Positions 29,701-36,095 of a stretch of DNA of 64,000 bases are shown piece by piece. Every line of letters begins with the position of its first letter. Position 1 is the first letter of the stretch. This stretch comes from Candidatus Omnitrophota bacterium. GTDB taxonomy: Bacteria; Omnitrophota; Gorgyraeia; Zapsychrales; Fredricksoniimonadaceae. The notes below the pieces were generated by a model, which did not search any database, was not told the DNA's origin, and was given only the letters and a program-made list of their open reading frames with translations. The position numbers were made by a program, and so were the translations under genes. Location of the stretch: the NCBI GenBank assembly GCA_028865345.1, contig JAGWKL010000004.1:79422-143421 (forward strand), written 5' to 3'.

Positions 29701-29975
29701 ATAAGAAGCGAAGTCTCTTTGCGGCTGATCGTGCCCTTATCCTGGGCATCCACCATAAAATCGAATTCAAAAGGATTTTCAGGATACACGCGCATGCCGC
29801 GTAAAACAGGAGAGGAATAAGGAGAAGAAAGGGTAAGAATGCGGGTGTAGGGATCAGGTAAAAACGGTGTGGGCTGGGCCTGGACATAGCCGGCCGAGCT
29901 GTTGAAGACCAATAGAAAAATTAAAAGGCCGGTCAGCGACTGAAAAGGCCAGGATTTTTTCTTAAACATTGCCAC
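20709..29975 (-). CDS. giant 3088-aa mosaic envelope protein. Order N to C: signal peptide; unknown domain; internal signal-peptide-like TM; LysM-like motif; Pro/Ala-rich linker; two MFP(HlyD/AcrA)-like modules; PPPPP linker; TolC/OMF-like two-repeat module; second internal signal-like segment; about 1300-aa C-terminal region with 3 TM helices and a (GN)4 repeat
   Basis: Uninterrupted 9267-nt ORF. N-terminal signal peptide. Internal M..VLTVALALLGAGGVAQAA and ILAFSMAVSIGVMPLHAQQ segments that look like fossil signal peptides. HDTLGQIL...NINVIQPSTSFNIP resembles LysM. PVNFLVREGDKVEAGQIVARVD and LVIKAPRDGVIVS...YRLVGRVTNV match MFP lipoyl/beta-barrel motifs. LLTANPQIQRAQTEIAKIRQQLKL...LSIPLYDGKKK and LDFNVYSSGG...TGRQD match OMF repeats. 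TM helices lie near residues 2290 and 2490-2540. Confidence 0.7.
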   Translation of the reverse strand: MAMFKKKSWPFQSLTGLLIFLLVFNSSAGYVQAQPTPFLPDPYTRILTLSSPYSSPVLRGMRVYPENPFEFDFMVDAQDKGTISRKETSLLIKYFLTFLTIPEGDLWVNLSPYEKGRIVPADLSVTDAGNILLEQDKLLKQLTSSLTYPETGLGRKFWAEVYKKAAEIYGTTDLPINTFNKVWIVPDKAIVYDMGNSAVVGQTHLKVMMEEDYLALKKNRSHAGINARPTHSFTSMITKRLILPELEKEVNTGKNFAPLRQMFYSLILADWYKRALRRNVLSDIYINKRKTAGVDDVPLQAKEKIYREYLRLFKKGAYNYIREDEDPVSQKIVPRKYFSGGCNFSGFKNWAMTVRVMNPEVIAPDLAQSSDYAMAHVALSPIGMDPSMTVSRSSIRSFVLTVALALLGAGGVAQAAVITHNSNGTLHVAVQQHDTLGQILLDSGYRGQLWGARGIVAQLQPSVESQIPSHNINVIQPSTSFNIPGPENAGPKVRSYMQDLSNVDHKNIGNNFQRLSRTIQDLQSTFDDDTEGSHIFGALAHPVVPRFRAEADALDGLLKDPGFVRSLPEGQRDDVVRVLGDLEQAAQDFVKTWTVRPARGALDNHDVQIQAAHTQSLYDLERNLKDIHRLLDDMNGQIRTDTGSTPVAEVSPLPAEKNTNLNLHPTPVAPAATQANIQTQERIEPVNVPLKPAQVEIEKPYQTQQAHEEIPASPPASKPVPAAAPMSHVVPSRVKTHQIPWHYGKKFYVLQKKVQASSVEDNLTAKLSGFAEILDASKTTYKEGETILIIRNLQLESRITTLRAQLHAAEEMEASLEQSQAAPVNELQKARENVQSLQQELTKALAERELGKVKAPHKLVIRDFQVDSGTPVEQGAALASYFDEDRVRFEVDLPISANNNDLDLTIDGKPVKSITGINWLPTVDPRTAHLTLVVTPSSPIRQGQTVQLSLKVYSADGGSSRLLHTIVASGSTRELVRNIETYPIDATADGPVNFLVREGDKVEAGQIVARVDPKPYLAQYQEAVDQVHAVEDRLRNEAPASGGTIAPVQIDKLQAEDIKWKSEVARLRTILNNLVIKAPRDGVIVSSWEHQSGTFKSGEKLLEYSPGTVFLGDFNDPSNAVLLDGPVHRGDYVLVTTQIGGYRLVGRVTNVVDAFSPDIQLNKKSVEIKVLDPRHVLRIGMGVNVSLLDKTNQQIAAKVWTQENSTPVFSGAAPPPPPKIHADKLSRPVLNPRAVININPPLTSFPVQGPSVNLTAIGQKVRDFKLTAVTQRISYLQNQLAEKYPNSKYIGLDFNVYSSGGKTYIGGGVDANIPDVAIDLASGNAYGAAAKLVFPYFLKIAELVTHQKAKQIEYAKIQTEIVLREYQAAVLEQTEHAKDIGIDLGTQQQIAALYDQYIKDLEMGRKAIVQSMQAGVGTQEQLMAFDNNIAEAKEARSEAVQGNDELTIQLNTLTGRQDLHAGFAMDIPWQAEFPAPSQEQENAFIEKLLTANPQIQRAQTEIAKIRQQLKLKKIEGWQANATGVYSGSAISSSFTEPAFGGGETWRASEMNPGENGAEGLSIPLYDGKKKIDQKILALELQKKTAELELMENNLRGEVAVKIGALRDLSSQIQQAREAYQNALKWWELKAGFTGTLYAPQDWATERGAMNKWAVKIIQLKGQYLQAQDDLQKLGVLGPDQSLIQDSANQAMAADRAQLAGFLQKLILAFSMAVSIGVMPLHAQQLSNPNRDFNAWKARSTLPGPNSTMNVYDSNPFNREPGIDDLLSGYQGTAKDVEKLGAAALTAPADVRERIFLFLDGSNPWRSLRFLVNFIQTAQQKGNGQAVNWAYQSIGDIFTDNPGILDALYPSSFDADGVYPNQRALAQKILLAFIAKDPDGLGQDNLLMGRYWRTDELARLYNEMDLYFADPKQAQAMKDLFMDVLVRKIVLERINEHFQPGEYQNVNTYSLFVDSNTEALGRISVLPDQLRLFLNSPGWRKHMGLLRGDLLAEARRQAQNLIDQNQVNEQERAGVSAIGALPRDPQDTLAYLSTMTVSRQGEYLKTATKSELARILPHPYVLKNADDLNLVLDRLMGDAEGRLLVMQDYINSNDELMLRAIEARQNIDTVKQDAQNLKTPAAMGVFRRALYKMGGRTQNLSFSEAYLDTYSFIELSMQNPPAAGAASRDAQIKLIATKWAVRAIQINTQMAQKDSYSAGMPVHSVRFSDALDRLAQKIESLNDPQELEKYLTQMKNSGTDKEVVEAVLKLRNDYIKSIYENDQQIVQGHWWQWAWNTGVGASLLVICVGLYYLLSPKFWDWKNRKFASLDKLMRILEDEFLNNNGKGEGVIANEVSVPALLKKWEEILQLWDSDPRYPIEKLLNDQVFMAVIADAIIVRMKYTPDLVDNKSRKGAQNEAYQKGFSYFVRLANRTSKMVSDRMNRATEGQRHASWETSERMNLKMIYVQKFLDWLQGRVNLNLRNNEHFQKGELEETFNYPTALLGFESLVKKPENKLEADLRDLMETGNFIVPGLYKENEINATITESKKRWLEVKKESKRFGSYGYAASSKNSRKRSWYSRHIFTFVDGFLALKIAFSYFGYGRLPFLTFGRFNVLEIFGLLASVAITFANYLGPTLANKRLIDNKNMKEVLLRLREKMAEAVGLTAGPHQWPVFKKNVVENVSQANNEEQIIRRAVEEAESHEGDDPVVLLVENHDPKYIEALRETVRNSQIIGWGTQDGDTFFKALRETKSGKDNHKLFLFVEGNIPPDDPRIQLGIYNLYAAAKTTPKGGLVLGYAQDAYVGPPVQHADGSGITFGTHWTNIRDLHDLSRPSRAWVISDLNEGLTTVARMYENLDLREHARKRFSPTINIIRAKGLDLDNESAQQMMGLTRLMTMSPEEVQLQTVLAEELVNAGGLRFIPDIIIPRVMAQNFEDPNILLKEYMDYIQAQIRSGADNGHGNGNGNGNGYKESFERNLNAIRNASVDERTRVYSVIGEVSLSRHNLKNMVYLPERNTVVFASASDRARHLAQRVVDAAMNASAAKRSGGIDLDFQPQFINRFSTAGLSGRREAVQMSEGFQGFNFHIVRFTPSLTVNDAFHLMFGNR
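21121..21170. repeat. hexanucleotide (GGNAAT)n-type microsatellite encoding GNGNGNGNG inside the giant ORF
   Basis: ccattaccgttcccattaccattgccatgtccatt on the + strand, giving GHGNGNGNGNGY in the protein. Confidence 0.5.
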
Positions 29976-30092
29976 ACTCGGAGATTTATCGGTTTCGCTC
30001 CAAGTATAGCCGCTCTATATTATGTATATGTTAAGACAAAGTTAATTTTAAATACTTCCAAAACCATATCAATTGCAATGGGTTAGATGATA

Positions 30093-30680
30093 TCAAGGTC
30101 TCTTCATTGACATATGATCGAGAGCGATGTTGACCTGCAGAACGTTGACGACCGGCTCTCCGAGAAGGTCTAAGAACCGGCCTTGAGTGTAGCGATTGAC
30201 TATTTGCCGGACTTGGGTTTTGGACATTCCCCGTACACGGGCGACACGCGCCAGTTGATACCGGGCCGCAGCCAGACTGATGTCAGGGTCTAACCCGCTG
30301 CCGGAAGAGGTCACTAAATCCACCGGAATAGGGGCCTTGTTGCCCGGATCAGCGGCTTTTAAAGCTGCGATCCGGCCCTTCACCTCGTCCAGTAAAGCAG
30401 GATTGGTAGGGCCAAAATTTGATCCTGTGGAAGAAGATGCATTGTAAGCCGGGATAGTGGCCGATATCCGGCCCCAGAAATATTTCGGGTCGCTGAAATC
30501 CTGCCCTATCAAGGTGGAGCCTAATATTTTACCATTGCTCGAATAGATCAAACTGCCTTCGGCCTGTTTGTGGAACAATGTCTGGGCAATGCCGGTGACG
30601 ACCAGCGGATATATGATGCCGGTCAATACCGAAAACAAGATGAACGAAACGATGGTTGGTCTAAGCTGAGAAAAAAACAT
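30093..30680 (-). CDS. kdpC: potassium-transporting ATPase subunit C
   Basis: N-terminal TM and conserved KdpC motifs (SGSGLDPDIS, QVNIALD). Confidence 0.9.
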   Translation of the reverse strand: MFFSQLRPTIVSFILFSVLTGIIYPLVVTGIAQTLFHKQAEGSLIYSSNGKILGSTLIGQDFSDPKYFWGRISATIPAYNASSSTGSNFGPTNPALLDEVKGRIAALKAADPGNKAPIPVDLVTSSGSGLDPDISLAAARYQLARVARVRGMSKTQVRQIVNRYTQGRFLDLLGEPVVNVLQVNIALDHMSMKRP

Positions 30681-30697
30681 TTTTTATTGCCTCCTCG

Positions 30698-32779
30698 TTA
30701 TACCCAATGCCATGCGGCCAAAATCATGTCGATCAATTTAATCCCCACAAACGGGGCGATGAGGCCTCCTGCACCATAAATCAACAGATTGTCCCGCAAT
30801 AAACGGCTGGCAGCCACGGCCCGGTACGGTACGCCGAACAACGATAAAGGAATGAGCACAATGATGATGAGCGCATTAAAGATAACCGCAGAAAGGATAG
30901 CACTTTGCGGGGTCGTTAAATGCATGATATTCAATGCTCCAAGTTGAGGGTACGTTCCCACGAATGCCGCCGGGATGATCGCAAAATATTTGGAAACGTC
31001 ATTGGCGATGCTAAAAGTGGTCAGAGACCCGCGTGTAATAAGAAGCTGTTTGCCGATCTTTACCACTTCGATCAATTTAGTGGGATTGGAATCCAAGTCC
31101 ACCATGTTGCCCGCTTCCTTGGCAGCCTGGGTGCCGGTATTCATAGCAACCGCCACATCCGCCTGGGCCAAAGCAGGCGCGTCATTGGTCCCATCGCCGG
31201 TCATGGCGACCAGCCGGCCGCCGGTTTGCATGTCACGGATCAACTTCAATTTAGTTTCAGGGGTCGCCTGGGCAAGGAAATCATCCATGCCCGCCTCCGC
31301 CGCAATGGCCGCGGCTGTCAACGGATTGTCACCCGTGATCATGACGGTCTTGATGCCCATACGCCGCAATTCGGCGAATCGTTCACTGATCCCGCCTTTG
31401 ACAATATCTTTTAACTCGATGACCCCCAGCACATGTTGATTCTCTACCACCGCCAGCGGTGTGCCTCCCTTTTGGGAAATGGCCTCTACCGTTGATTTTA
31501 GATCATCGGGGAATACCCCGCCGGCTTTTTTCACATGGCTTTCAATGGCATCGACCGAACCTTTCCGTATTTGGCGATTAGACCCCAAATCCACCCCGCT
31601 CATCCTAGTCTGGGCGCTGAAGGGAATGAAATGCGCACCTATTTCCTGGGTCTGCCTTTCCCTGATACCGTACCGTTTGGCCAACACCACGATGCTGCGG
31701 CCTTCCGGGGTTTCGTCAGACAATGAAGACAATTGGGCCGCATCTGCCAGGGCCTCAACTTTTACTCCTTTTGCCGGAACAAAGGCCACGGCCTGCCTGT
31801 TGCCCAAGGTGATTGTCCCTGTCTTATCGAGCAGCAAGACATCCACATCGCCGGCGGCTTCCACCGCTCGACCGGATGTGGCGATGACATTAGCCTGAAT
31901 CATGCGGTCCATGCCGGCTATACCGATGGCCGGCAACAAACCGCCGATCGTGGTGGGGATCAGACAGACCAAAAGCGCGACCAAGGCCGTGACCGTGATC
32001 ACGGTCCCCTTGCCGGCCGCGGCCACGCTAAAAATGGAAAACGGCAAAAGGGTCACTGTCACCAAAAGAAAAATGATCGTAAAAACCACCAGCAGGATGC
32101 TCAATGCGATTTCATTAGGAGTTTTCTGGCGGCGGGCCCCCTCCACCATGGCGATCATGTGGTCCAAAAATGTTTCGCCGGGATTGGCGGTGATTTTAAT
32201 GACCAACCAATCTGAAAGCACGCGTGTGCCTCCGGTGACCGCAGAGCGGTCGCCGCCGCTTTCGCGGATAACAGGCGCGCTTTCCCCGGTGATGGCGCTT
32301 TCATCGACGGACGCAACGCCTTCGATGACCTCGCCGTCCATGGGGATATAATCCCCTTGCTCGACAAGCACAACATCGTCCTTATGCAAAGCCGTGACTG
32401 AAACGCTGGTGAAGCCCGCCCCATGGACAGGCTTGGAGAGCTTTTTGGCAGGCGTGTCCTTACGGGCACGGCGCAAGCTTTCGGCCTGGGCCTTGCCCCG
32501 GCCTTCGGCCATGCTCTCCGCGAAATTGGCAAACACGATCGTAAACCACAGCCATAAAGTGACCGCAAGGATAAAGCCGGCCCCGGCTTCGCCATGTCCT
32601 ATCAAGGCCTGGATCCATAAACCTGTCGTCAACACGCTGCCGACGAAAACCACAAACATGACAGGATTCTTGATCTGGTGCCGCGGGTCCAGTTTCTTAA
32701 ATGCCTCAATGACCGCCGGCCACAAAATCGTAAGTTCAAACAATGATGTGACCTTGCTGTGTGTCTTTTTCATAATCAT
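30698..32779 (-). CDS. kdpB: potassium-transporting P-type ATPase subunit B
   Basis: DKTGTIT phosphorylation motif, TGDN and [10 protein letters not shown] motifs. Confidence 0.95.
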   Translation of the reverse strand: MIMKKTHSKVTSLFELTILWPAVIEAFKKLDPRHQIKNPVMFVVFVGSVLTTGLWIQALIGHGEAGAGFILAVTLWLWFTIVFANFAESMAEGRGKAQAESLRRARKDTPAKKLSKPVHGAGFTSVSVTALHKDDVVLVEQGDYIPMDGEVIEGVASVDESAITGESAPVIRESGGDRSAVTGGTRVLSDWLVIKITANPGETFLDHMIAMVEGARRQKTPNEIALSILLVVFTIIFLLVTVTLLPFSIFSVAAAGKGTVITVTALVALLVCLIPTTIGGLLPAIGIAGMDRMIQANVIATSGRAVEAAGDVDVLLLDKTGTITLGNRQAVAFVPAKGVKVEALADAAQLSSLSDETPEGRSIVVLAKRYGIRERQTQEIGAHFIPFSAQTRMSGVDLGSNRQIRKGSVDAIESHVKKAGGVFPDDLKSTVEAISQKGGTPLAVVENQHVLGVIELKDIVKGGISERFAELRRMGIKTVMITGDNPLTAAAIAAEAGMDDFLAQATPETKLKLIRDMQTGGRLVAMTGDGTNDAPALAQADVAVAMNTGTQAAKEAGNMVDLDSNPTKLIEVVKIGKQLLITRGSLTTFSIANDVSKYFAIIPAAFVGTYPQLGALNIMHLTTPQSAILSAVIFNALIIIVLIPLSLFGVPYRAVAASRLLRDNLLIYGAGGLIAPFVGIKLIDMILAAWHWV

Positions 32780-32782
32780 CCC

Positions 32783-34528
32783 TTAATTTGAAGGCAGCAT
32801 TAAATGTTCGACGATCGGGCCCAAAGCCAGGGCCGGGAAAAAGGCCAATGCCCCCACGATCAAGACAACCGTAGCCAGAAAAAACACAAAAAGCGGCGTA
32901 TGCGTCGGCAAGGTCCCCTGTGTCGTCGGCACAATTTTCTTGGCCGACAAAGATCCTGCAATGGCCAATATAGGAATGATCAGCCAATAGCGACAGAAGA
33001 ACATTGCTACACCCAAGGAGATATTATAAAAAGGCGTATTGGCATTGATGCCGGCAAAAGCACTGCCATTGTTGCCGCAGCATGAAGAAAACGCATAAAG
33101 GATCTCACTGAAGCCATGAGGGCCCGGATTTGAAATCCCAGCCTTTCCGGCAGCGGTAAGCACGGCGATGGCCGTTGGTATCAAAATGAACAAATGCGGA
33201 ATAAACGCGACGAGGGAAGCCATCTTCATTTCAAAGGCCTCGATCTTCTTGCCTAAATATTCCGGCGTGCGGCCGATCATCAGGCCTGCTATAAATACGG
33301 CCACGATGACAAAACCGATCATACCGTACAAACCCGAGCCGACGCCGCCGAAAATGACTTCCCCCAACTGAATCAGCCACATGGGGATCATGCCGCCCAA
33401 CGGCATATACGAATCATGCATGGAGTTGACCGAACCGTTGGAGGCACTCGTCGTGGCCACGGCCCAAATAGTAGAGCTCACGATTCCGAAACGGGCCTCC
33501 TTGCCCTCCATATTGCCACCGGACTGAAAATCTGTTGCATTTTGATCAACGCCCAATTTACCAATTAAAGGGTTTCCTCGTTGTTCAATATGGGTCACAA
33601 ACAAAAGGCACGGGATGAATATAACCAACATCGCCGCCAACAACGCCCAACCTTGACGGTGGTCACGAACCATATAGCCAAAGGTGTAACATAAGGCCGC
33701 CGGGATCAAAAGAATAGCCAACATCTCAAGGAAATTCGACAAGGGGGTTGGATTTTCATACGGATGCGCGGAATTAGTATTGTAATATCCGCCTCCGTTC
33801 GTCCCTAATTGTTTAATGGCAACCTGGGAGGCTACAGGACCAAGGGCCAAATCTTGTTGGGTGACCAGCTTGCCATTGGAGTCTTTGGCATCTTGAAGCA
33901 AGGCGGCTTTGGCGCTGGGAGCAAAGGTCTGCGGAACTCCTTGGGAAACAAGGAGCAGAGCCAGAACCAAGGCCGAAGGAAGCAGAATATATAAAATCGT
34001 TCTGACCATATCCACCCAAAAATTGCCGATGGTGTTCATTTGCTTTTGCACGAATCCCCTGATCAGGGCGACCAAAACGACCATGCCTGTTGCAGCCGAA
34101 GAGAAATTCTGTTTGGCCAGGGCAAGCATTTGAGTCAAATAGCTCATGGTGCTTTCGCCGCTGTAGCCTTGCCAGTTGGTATTGGTAGCGAAACTGATAG
34201 CGGTATTAAAGGAAGAGTCCGGTGACACAGCAGTCATGCCCGTAGGATTCAAGGGTAGAAAGGCTTGAAGGCGTTGAATGGCATAAACAATCAATATGCC
34301 TAATATATTAAACATCATCACGGCACAGGCATAGGTTTTCCAGGACATCCCCTCTTCAGGTTTTACCCCGCAAAGCCGGTAAAGCCATTTTTCCAATGGC
34401 ATGAGCCACACGTTTAAACCTGCGGGCCTTCCTTCATATATACGGGCCATGTAGGCGCCCAAGGGCTTGACACACAAAAGCAATACGATCACATAAATTC
34501 CAATTTGAATAAGATCGTTATAGCTCAT
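32783..34528 (-). CDS. kdpA: potassium-transporting ATPase subunit A
   Basis: 581 aa, 10-TM, KdpA-type selectivity-filter-like regions. Its start overlaps the kdpF stop (TAATG). Confidence 0.95.
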   Translation of the reverse strand: MSYNDLIQIGIYVIVLLLCVKPLGAYMARIYEGRPAGLNVWLMPLEKWLYRLCGVKPEEGMSWKTYACAVMMFNILGILIVYAIQRLQAFLPLNPTGMTAVSPDSSFNTAISFATNTNWQGYSGESTMSYLTQMLALAKQNFSSAATGMVVLVALIRGFVQKQMNTIGNFWVDMVRTILYILLPSALVLALLLVSQGVPQTFAPSAKAALLQDAKDSNGKLVTQQDLALGPVASQVAIKQLGTNGGGYYNTNSAHPYENPTPLSNFLEMLAILLIPAALCYTFGYMVRDHRQGWALLAAMLVIFIPCLLFVTHIEQRGNPLIGKLGVDQNATDFQSGGNMEGKEARFGIVSSTIWAVATTSASNGSVNSMHDSYMPLGGMIPMWLIQLGEVIFGGVGSGLYGMIGFVIVAVFIAGLMIGRTPEYLGKKIEAFEMKMASLVAFIPHLFILIPTAIAVLTAAGKAGISNPGPHGFSEILYAFSSCCGNNGSAFAGINANTPFYNISLGVAMFFCRYWLIIPILAIAGSLSAKKIVPTTQGTLPTHTPLFVFFLATVVLIVGALAFFPALALGPIVEHLMLPSN

Positions 34529-34617
34529 TAAAATATCTCCGGCCTAAAAAAGGCGATAAACAAATAAATAAACAATCCCAACGATACAATACCGCCGACC
34601 CAGTAGATGGTCAACAT
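34528..34617 (-). CDS. kdpF: KdpF-like 29-aa single-TM peptide (MLTIYWVGGIVSLGLFIYLFIAFFRPEIF)
   Basis: Not in the ORF track because of its short length; found by hand translation. GGGGG Shine-Dalgarno 4 nt upstream. Its stop overlaps the kdpA ATG. C-terminal ...YLFIAFFRPEIF resembles the E. coli KdpF ending ...YLVYALINAEAF. Confidence 0.55.
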   Translation of the reverse strand: MLTIYWVGGIVSLGLFIYLFIAFFRPEIF

Positions 34618-34626
34618 AGAACCCCC

Positions 34627-34710
34627 TTACACTTTTGAGCACAAAACAATAAAGCCGAAGGAAATGAGCCCGAAGAAAACCACAAGGCCAATAAAAGTAA
34701 TATCCGTCAT
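34627..34710 (-). CDS. second tiny hydrophobic peptide (27 aa, MTDITFIGLVVFFGLISFGFIVLCSKV) immediately upstream of kdpF
   Basis: Hand-translated. GAGGAG RBS about 10 nt upstream. Its stop is followed by the kdpF RBS. Single predicted TM. Confidence 0.3.
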   Translation of the reverse strand: MTDITFIGLVVFFGLISFGFIVLCSKV

Positions 34711-34898
34711 ATAAACATGTCTCCTCTATCCTATTCTGAAAATAAGTTTAGCATCGCCACTGATATTAGCTAATTAAAAAGATGCCAAAGCATATTAAAA
34801 AAGTATTAAAACCCGCTGAGGCCGGCAAAAACAGGTATTAATAAAGGAAAATCCCTGAAGAACTTGCATTTAAGGCCGGCACGGGTTAATTTAATGCT

Positions 34899-36095
34899 AT
34901 GGCCGGATTGCCCATAACTAACATAGTCATTCTACTTCTAATCGCCTGTTTGGTCGCCCTCAGCATGCGCTGGTTTAAACAACCCTACGCGACCCTCTTA
35001 GTGCTGACCGGCCTTGCCGTTTCTTTCCTGAAACTTGTCCCCAACATTTCGCTATCGCACGATGTGGCCTTTTTTCTTCTTTTGCCCCCCATCCTTTTCC
35101 ACGGCAGCATGAACTTAAGTCAGGAAAATATCCGACAGGACTGGAAGCCCATCGCCTTTTTGGCCGTCGGCGGGATTGTGGTCTCGGCCCTGCTGATCGG
35201 CTGGCCGTTGTCCCGGTTTTGGCATGTCCCTTTGATCTATGCGCTCCTTTTCGGCGCCCTTATTTCACCCACCGACCCTGTATCCGTGCTGGCGATCATA
35301 AGAAAATTAAATGCCCCCTCCCGCCTGCGTACGATCCTGGAGGCTGAAAGCCTGTTTAATGACGGGACAGGGGTGGTCTTATTTGCTGTTTTTTTGGGCA
35401 TGATCCAGCACCATGAACCTCTTCATTTGGGAGTGGCCCTTGTCCAATTTCTTTTGGCCACAGCCGGAGGCGCCGCCGTGGGCGGCTTTTTCGGGTTTGC
35501 CCTCTCCCGCTTGATCAGTCCCATCAATGATCCTTTTGTGGAGGTGACCCTGACCGTTGTCCTGGTCCTGGGGGTGCCTCTGATCGCCGCATCCCTGCAT
35601 GTTTCAGGGATCATTGCCATTGTCGCCGCAGGTCTGGTGATGGGGCACAGCCGCCTTTCCGGAATGTCAGCGCTCACCCGCCGGACGACCGAGACCTTCT
35701 GGGAGGTCATTGACTTTATTTTGAATTCGCTGATTTTCCTGATCATCGGCCTTGAACTGCGGTTTATCGGGATCCATAATCTCATCACCTATAAATGGTC
35801 CATCGCTGCTGGCATCCTGGTTGTACTCGCGGCCAGGGCCGTTGTCGTTTACGCGACCATGTACGGTTATAACCTGGTCCTCAAAACCCGCATCCCCTTG
35901 GAATGGAGCCACATCCTCTATTGGGGCGGGCTTCGGGGAACGATACCGATCATCCTGATGTTGCAATTGGAATCTCCCCAATTCCCCTACACACCGCTGT
36001 TTTTGTCCGCGACTTTCGGCATTGTCCTGTTCAGCATCATTTTTCAGGGAATGACCATTGAAGGCCTCTTAAAAAAATTCAAGCTCTATTCGTAA
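34899..36095 (+). CDS. monovalent cation:proton antiporter, CPA1/NhaP family
   Basis: 398 aa, about 11-12 TM. Conserved ISPTDPVSVLAI and NDGTGVVLF motifs of Na+/H+ exchangers. Confidence 0.8.
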   Translation: MAGLPITNIVILLLIACLVALSMRWFKQPYATLLVLTGLAVSFLKLVPNISLSHDVAFFLLLPPILFHGSMNLSQENIRQDWKPIAFLAVGGIVVSALLIGWPLSRFWHVPLIYALLFGALISPTDPVSVLAIIRKLNAPSRLRTILEAESLFNDGTGVVLFAVFLGMIQHHEPLHLGVALVQFLLATAGGAAVGGFFGFALSRLISPINDPFVEVTLTVVLVLGVPLIAASLHVSGIIAIVAAGLVMGHSRLSGMSALTRRTTETFWEVIDFILNSLIFLIIGLELRFIGIHNLITYKWSIAAGILVVLAARAVVVYATMYGYNLVLKTRIPLEWSHILYWGGLRGTIPIILMLQLESPQFPYTPLFLSATFGIVLFSIIFQGMTIEGLLKKFKLYS

